Assembly (NCBI GenBank): GCA_023898805.1
Contig: CP060260.1
Span: forward strand, 1,425,656 to 1,489,655
Length of the DNA: 64,000 nucleotides
Reading direction: 5' to 3'
Source of the DNA: Rhodospirillales bacterium
Lineage (GTDB): Bacteria > Pseudomonadota > Alphaproteobacteria > Micavibrionales > UBA1664
Below, in pieces: positions 59,734 through 64,000 of the stretch. Every line of letters starts with the position of its first letter. Positions within the stretch are counted from its first letter, which is position 1. The notes under the pieces were generated by a model that saw only the letters and a list, made by a program, of their open reading frames with translations, had not been told where the DNA came from and made no database searches. Made by a program: the position numbers and the translations under genes.

Positions 59734-60867
59734 GACTCTAAACAAAACGATATGTCGATCGCTGCGTTAGTTCTGCATTCAGACCGGGTAACTGCGCGCG
59801 TTTGACGCGCTTCATGCGCGAATCGAAAGCGCCGTATGTATAATTGCGCAGCAGAAATGAATGGCGCAGCTCCAGATACGTGTTGATGCTCCTGCGCTGG
59901 TATGCCGATACCGGGCATGCGGTATCGACGATGTCCAGCACCCGGTCCACGATGTCGTCCGGCATGGCATCCAGCCGCCGCAACCCGTCCTCGAAAGCGC
60001 TGCGTAAAACGGGAATGCCCTCGCCAATTTCTACCGTCATCGAAGCATCTGCAACCTTTGCGTTGTAACGCATCCGGGCCATGTGCAGCATGCTTTCGGA
60101 TATTCCCTCGGGCGGATGGTTGGGGTCGATGCTGGCGGCCCTGAACGCGTCGGCAAGGCTTGTACTATCAAAATCGAATTCACAAAAACGGGTTTTTGCC
60201 GCCGCATTGAGGCATAAATTGCGCGGATCGCGGTCGGTATCCTGTCCCAACCATAACAAAAAGGGCAAGGCGGATGATGTGTGGCGCAGATAGGCGTAAG
60301 AATCCGCATAATCAAGATTGCTGGAATAGACGATGCGCTCGAACGGGACGATGCTGACCATATGAGGCAATTCCCCGGCTTCAGGCACCCGGGCCACAAA
60401 TGTTGGTGCGACAGGAACTCCGGCATATAGCGCGAGGCGCGAAACAAATAACTCCGCCTGCGCAGATGCGGGGCTTCGTAAATTTTCAATGCCCCACGCA
60501 CCCGTTGTGGATTTGTGTAGGTCGAGATCGTGCGTGACCCCATAAACATGCTGCGCGCGATGCCATTCCCCCGGCAGGAATGCGGTTTTCAACGAGTCCA
60601 TTGCCAGCGCATGCGCGGCGCGTGAAAAACTTGTCGAAATCGGGACGCTCATATCCATGCCATGGTGTTAGCATAGAGCGTAAATGTTTGTCATATTTCA
60701 ATTTCAGGCGCGATCCGTGCGGTCACGAAAACTTCCCCGTCGTCCAGCTCGAAGACGAGATGAAGAAATCCTACCTCGATTACGCGATGAGCGTGATCGT
60801 ATCCCGCGCGCTGCCCGATGCGCGGCGACGGGTTGAAGCCGGTCCATCGCCGCATCCTGTACGTGAT
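59734..60867. repeat. Segmental duplication, copy 1 (paralogue gene + shortened upstream region + gyrA 5' fragment)
   Basis: Begins with gactctaaacaaaacgatatgtcgatcgctgc (also at 60912). Ends within gyrA-homologous sequence ...catcctgtacg (also at 62298-62308). Confidence 0.9.
59738..60658 (-). CDS. Hypothetical protein, paralogue 1 of a tandem pair (306 aa)
   Basis: Long ORF in visibly AT-richer DNA. Near-identical N-terminal ~110 aa and a shared internal block ([49 protein letters not shown]) with 60916..61908. Confidence 0.65.
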   Translation of the reverse strand: MDMSVPISTSFSRAAHALAMDSLKTAFLPGEWHRAQHVYGVTHDLDLHKSTTGAWGIENLRSPASAQAELFVSRLALYAGVPVAPTFVARVPEAGELPHMVSIVPFERIVYSSNLDYADSYAYLRHTSSALPFLLWLGQDTDRDPRNLCLNAAAKTRFCEFDFDSTSLADAFRAASIDPNHPPEGISESMLHMARMRYNAKVADASMTVEIGEGIPVLRSAFEDGLRRLDAMPDDIVDRVLDIVDTACPVSAYQRRSINTYLELRHSFLLRNYTYGAFDSRMKRVKRAQLPGLNAELTQRSTYRFV

Positions 60868-60870
60868 CAA
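60726..60870 (+). pseudogene. gyrA: gyrA 5' fragment (codons ~15-60), frameshifted, with no start codon
   Basis: About 97% identical to 62172..62315. Encodes [33 protein letters not shown], then an extra C at 60826 shifts the frame. Confidence 0.9.
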
Positions 60871-60911
60871 TACAAGATATATGACACCCGTTGATGGTCG
60901 CCCTAAGGTAA

Positions 60912-62312
60912 GACTCTAAACAAAACGATATGTCGATCGCTGCCTTGGTTTTGCGTCCCGACTGGTTGACCGCGCGCTTCCGATCATCTGCGGATTGGAA
61001 CCACCCAATTTATAATGGATCGCCAATTCTGCGTTCAGACCGGGTGACCGTGCGCTTTCGATCATCTGCGGCTCGAAAACTCCAAGTTCATAATGGAGCG
61101 CCAGAAGTGAGCGGCGCTCCTCCAGATACGTGTTGATGCTCCTGCGCTGGTATGCCGATACCGGGCACGCGGTATCGACGATGTCCAGCACCCGGTCGAC
61201 GATATCGTCCGGCATGGCATCCAGCCGCCGCAACCCGTCCTCGAAAGCGCTGCGTAAAACGGGAATGCCATTTAAAATGGTCACATACACCGCAGCCCTT
61301 TTGACGTTTCTAAAGTAATGATTCTGGACTGCATCCAGCGTGCTTTGGGATATCCCCTCGGGTGGGTGGCTAGGGTCTATGCTGGAGGCCAAGAATGCGT
61401 CGGCAAGGCTTGTCTCGCCGAAATTGAATTCACAAAAACGGGTTTTTGCCGCCGCATTGAGGTATAAATTGTGCGGATCGCGTTTATTATACTGTCCCAA
61501 CCATAACAAAAAGGGCAAAGCAAATGATTCGTGGCGCAGATAGGCGCGATTATAGTCATAATCAAGATCACCGGAATAGACGATGCGCTCGAACGGGACG
61601 ATGCTGACCATATGAGGCAATTCCCCGGCTTCAGGCACCCGGGCCACAAATGTTGGTGCGACAGGAACCCCGGCATATAGAGCGAGGCGTGAAACAAATA
61701 ACTCCGCCTGCGCAGATGCGGGGCTTCGTAAATTTTCAATGCCCCACGCACCCGTTGTGGATTTGTGTAGGTCGAGATCGTGCGTGACCCCATAAACATG
61801 CTGCGTGCGATGCCATTCCCCCGGCAGGAATGCGGTTTTCAACGAGTCCATTGCCAGCGCATGCGCGGCGTGTGAAAAGCTTGTCGAAAGCGGGGTATCC
61901 ATATCCATGCCACGGTATTAGCACAAGATATAGGCATTTGCCATATTTAAATTGCGCATGCTGTCCGGCCGGTCGTGAAAACAGGCCCGCACGCTACACG
62001 AAGCAGAAAAACAGAAAACACATTAAAATCAGCATGTTAAAAACGAAAATTCAGTATAAAAATTCTTGGTTTTCCGCAGCGTTTGGGCTAGGTTTGACGC
62101 GATGATTTCAGCCATAAAACGGACCCTGCCATGAGCGCAAAAAACACCCCGGCGCAAACCCCGCCTTCGGGCGAAAACTTCCCCGTCGTCCAGCTCGAAG
62201 ACGAGATGAAGAAATCCTATCTCGATTACGCGATGAGCGTGATTGTATCCCGCGCGCTGCCCGATGCGCGGGACGGGTTGAAGCCGGTCCATCGCCGCAT
62301 CCTGTACGCGAT
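60912..62312. repeat. Segmental duplication, copy 2 (paralogue gene + full gyrA upstream region + gyrA 5' end)
   Basis: Collinear with 59734..60867, except for about 196 nt (61983..62178) absent from copy 1 and an extra 78-bp internal repeat unit. Confidence 0.9.
60916..61908 (-). CDS. Hypothetical protein, paralogue 2 of a tandem pair (330 aa)
   Basis: See paralogue 1. The C-terminus contains an imperfect 26-aa internal repeat (HYELGVFEPQMIESARS... / HYKLGGSNPQMIGSARS...), encoded at 60968-61019 and 61046-61097. Confidence 0.65.
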   Translation of the reverse strand: MDMDTPLSTSFSHAAHALAMDSLKTAFLPGEWHRTQHVYGVTHDLDLHKSTTGAWGIENLRSPASAQAELFVSRLALYAGVPVAPTFVARVPEAGELPHMVSIVPFERIVYSGDLDYDYNRAYLRHESFALPFLLWLGQYNKRDPHNLYLNAAAKTRFCEFNFGETSLADAFLASSIDPSHPPEGISQSTLDAVQNHYFRNVKRAAVYVTILNGIPVLRSAFEDGLRRLDAMPDDIVDRVLDIVDTACPVSAYQRRSINTYLEERRSLLALHYELGVFEPQMIESARSPGLNAELAIHYKLGGSNPQMIGSARSTSRDAKPRQRSTYRFV

Positions 62313-64000
62313 GAAGGACGGTGGTTACGATTCCACCAAATCCTACAAAAAATCCGCTCGCATCGTCGGGGACGTGATGGGGAAATACCACCCGCACGGC
62401 GATTCCGCGATTTACGACGCCATGGTGCGCATGGCGCAGGATTTTTCGATGCGCCTGCCGGTCATCGACGGTCAGGGCAACTTCGGCTCGATGGACGGCG
62501 ACCCCGCCGCCGCCATGCGTTACACCGAGGCGCGACTGGCCAAGGCTGGCGAGGCGATCCTCGAAGACTACGACAAGGACACGGTCGATTTCCGTCCCAA
62601 CTATGACGAATCGATTCAGGAACCCTCGGTCCTGCCTTCGCGCATCCCCAATTTGCTGGTCAACGGCGCGGGCGGCATCGCGGTCGGCATGGCCACCAAC
62701 ATTCCGCCGCACAATTTGGTCGAGGTCGTGGACGGCTGCATCGCCTATGTCGATAACAACGACATCACGATCGAGGAATTGATGGCCGTTATTCCGGGGC
62801 CGGATTTCCCGACCGGCGGCCAGATTCTGGGCCGCGCCGGTATCCGTTCTGCCTATACCACCGGCAACGGCAGTGTGCTGATGCGCGCCAAAACGACGAT
62901 CGAGGAAATCCGCAAGGATCGCGAGGCGATCATCGTCCACGAAGTCCCGTATCAGGTGAACAAATCCAAACTGCTTGAACGCATCGGCGAACTGGTGCGC
63001 GACAAGCAGGTGGAAGGGATCGCCGATCTGCGCGATGAATCCGACCGCGACGGCGTGCGTGTGGTGATCGAACTCAAACGCGACGCGCAGGGCGACGTGG
63101 TTTTGAACCAGCTGTTCAAATTCACGCCGCTGCAAACCAGCTTTCCGTGCAACATGCTGGCGCTCAACCACGGGCGGCCCCAGACCTTCAACCTCAAACA
63201 GTTTATCGAGGCCTTCGTCAAATTCCGCGAGGAAGTGATCACCCGCCGCACCATCTTTGAACTGGGCAAGGCGCGCGAACGCGCGCACATCTTGGCGGGT
63301 CTTGCGGTTGCTGTCGCCAATATCGACGACGTGATCGCGTTGATCCGCAACGCGCCCGACCCGCAACAGGCGCGCGAACAGTTGATGGCCCGCGATTGGC
63401 CCGCGCGCGACGTCGCGCCGCTGATCGCGTTGATCGACGATCCCGAATATCCGGTCAGCGAAAACGGCACCTACAAAATGTCGGAAACACAGGCCCGCGC
63501 CATTCTCGACCTGCGCCTGCACCGCCTGACGGGGCTTGAGCGCGACAAGATCGGCGACGAACTCAAGGACGTCACCGATGCGATCCGCGAATATCTGGAA
63601 ATCCTCGCCAGCCGTGAAAAACTGCTCACCCTGCTTAAGAACGAGCTGGTCGCGGTCAAAACCCAGTTCGGCACTCCGCGCCGGACCGAGCTTGTCGAAA
63701 ACTACGACGAGGCCGATATCGAGGACCTGATCGCGCGCGAGGACATGGTGGTGACCGTTTCCAACGCGGGTTACGCCAAACGCGTGCCGCTCAACACCTA
63801 CCGCGCGCAAAAACGCGGCGGCAAGGGGCGTATCGGCGCGACCACGAAAGAGGACGATTTCGTCACCGACCTGTTCGTCGCATCGACCCACACGCCGATT
63901 CTGTTCTTCACCTCGCGTGGGATCGTCCACAAGATGAAGGTCTGGCAGTTGCCGCTGGGCAACGCGCAATCGCGCGGCAAGGCGCTGGTCAACATGATGC
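62131..64000 (+). CDS. gyrA: DNA gyrase subunit A; the 3' end runs off the window, so it is absent from the ORF track
   Basis: Own translation from ATG 62131 gives [61 protein letters not shown]...[23 protein letters not shown]...[10 protein letters not shown] (active-site Tyr region). The track's 646-aa minus-strand ORF is its antisense shadow. Confidence 0.97.
   Translation, partial: MSAKNTPAQTPPSGENFPVVQLEDEMKKSYLDYAMSVIVSRALPDARDGLKPVHRRILYAMKDGGYDSTKSYKKSARIVGDVMGKYHPHGDSAIYDAMVRMAQDFSMRLPVIDGQGNFGSMDGDPAAAMRYTEARLAKAGEAILEDYDKDTVDFRPNYDESIQEPSVLPSRIPNLLVNGAGGIAVGMATNIPPHNLVEVVDGCIAYVDNNDITIEELMAVIPGPDFPTGGQILGRAGIRSAYTTGNGSVLMRAKTTIEEIRKDREAIIVHEVPYQVNKSKLLERIGELVRDKQVEGIADLRDESDRDGVRVVIELKRDAQGDVVLNQLFKFTPLQTSFPCNMLALNHGRPQTFNLKQFIEAFVKFREEVITRRTIFELGKARERAHILAGLAVAVANIDDVIALIRNAPDPQQAREQLMARDWPARDVAPLIALIDDPEYPVSENGTYKMSETQARAILDLRLHRLTGLERDKIGDELKDVTDAIREYLEILASREKLLTLLKNELVAVKTQFGTPRRTELVENYDEADIEDLIAREDMVVTVSNAGYAKRVPLNTYRAQKRGGKGRIGATTKEDDFVTDLFVASTHTPILFFTSRGIVHKMKVWQLPLGNAQSRGKALVNMM

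Noticed and set aside
62029-63969. 646-aa minus-strand ORF
   Set aside because: It is the antisense shadow of gyrA. The plus strand translates into an unmistakable GyrA N-terminal domain, which the track omits only because it has no stop within the window.

Overview
This is a high-GC chromosomal segment that looks alphaproteobacterial. The lineage markers are pal-cpoB-tilS-ftsH synteny, a CpdR-type single-domain response regulator, GapR/DUF2312, a GcrA-like gene and a COQ9-like gene. I can support about 60 protein genes, one tRNA-Val(GAC), several intrinsic terminators and one candidate sRNA. Two genes run off the window edges and are therefore missing from the ORF track: alr (1..1081, minus) and gyrA (62131..64000, plus). 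I translated both by eye. Housekeeping content: alr, terC, trhO, lpoA-like/rsmI/yraN/BON block, pal-cpoB-tilS-ftsH, cpdR, glk, rluD, glpD-glpK, an M3 peptidase, sucA, sucB, dapA/dapB and gyrA. Accessory content, in five parts. (1) A two-part surface-glycan locus: a wbpA-B-D-E-like operon at 2.0-6.2 kb, plus a 14.5 kb cluster at 17.2-31.7 kb between the ftsH terminator and tRNA-Val. The cluster holds a Wzy_C ligase, an aminotransferase, a split transketolase, methyltransferases, a PglC-type initiating transferase, Wzx, the HisH/HisF/WbpG-type amidotransferase trio, a Wzy-like protein, one GT4 and a 2-epimerase. (2) An AT-richer islet at 38.7-42.9 kb with five uncharacterised genes, including a translationally coupled XRE-HTH protein and an orphan formyltransferase-fold enzyme. 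(3) A 4.8 kb insertion separating sucA from sucB, which includes a GcrA-like gene split at an in-phase A_AAA_AAG heptamer. (4) A tandem, mosaic pair of unknown-function paralogues between sucB and gyrA, together with a duplicated, frameshifted gyrA 5' fragment. (5) A divergent COQ8-like/COQ9-like pair and an orphan IcmL/DotI-like protein. No CRISPR array, integrase, transposase or rRNA was seen. Many long ORFs in the track are antisense shadow ORFs typical of high-GC DNA, and I rejected them.
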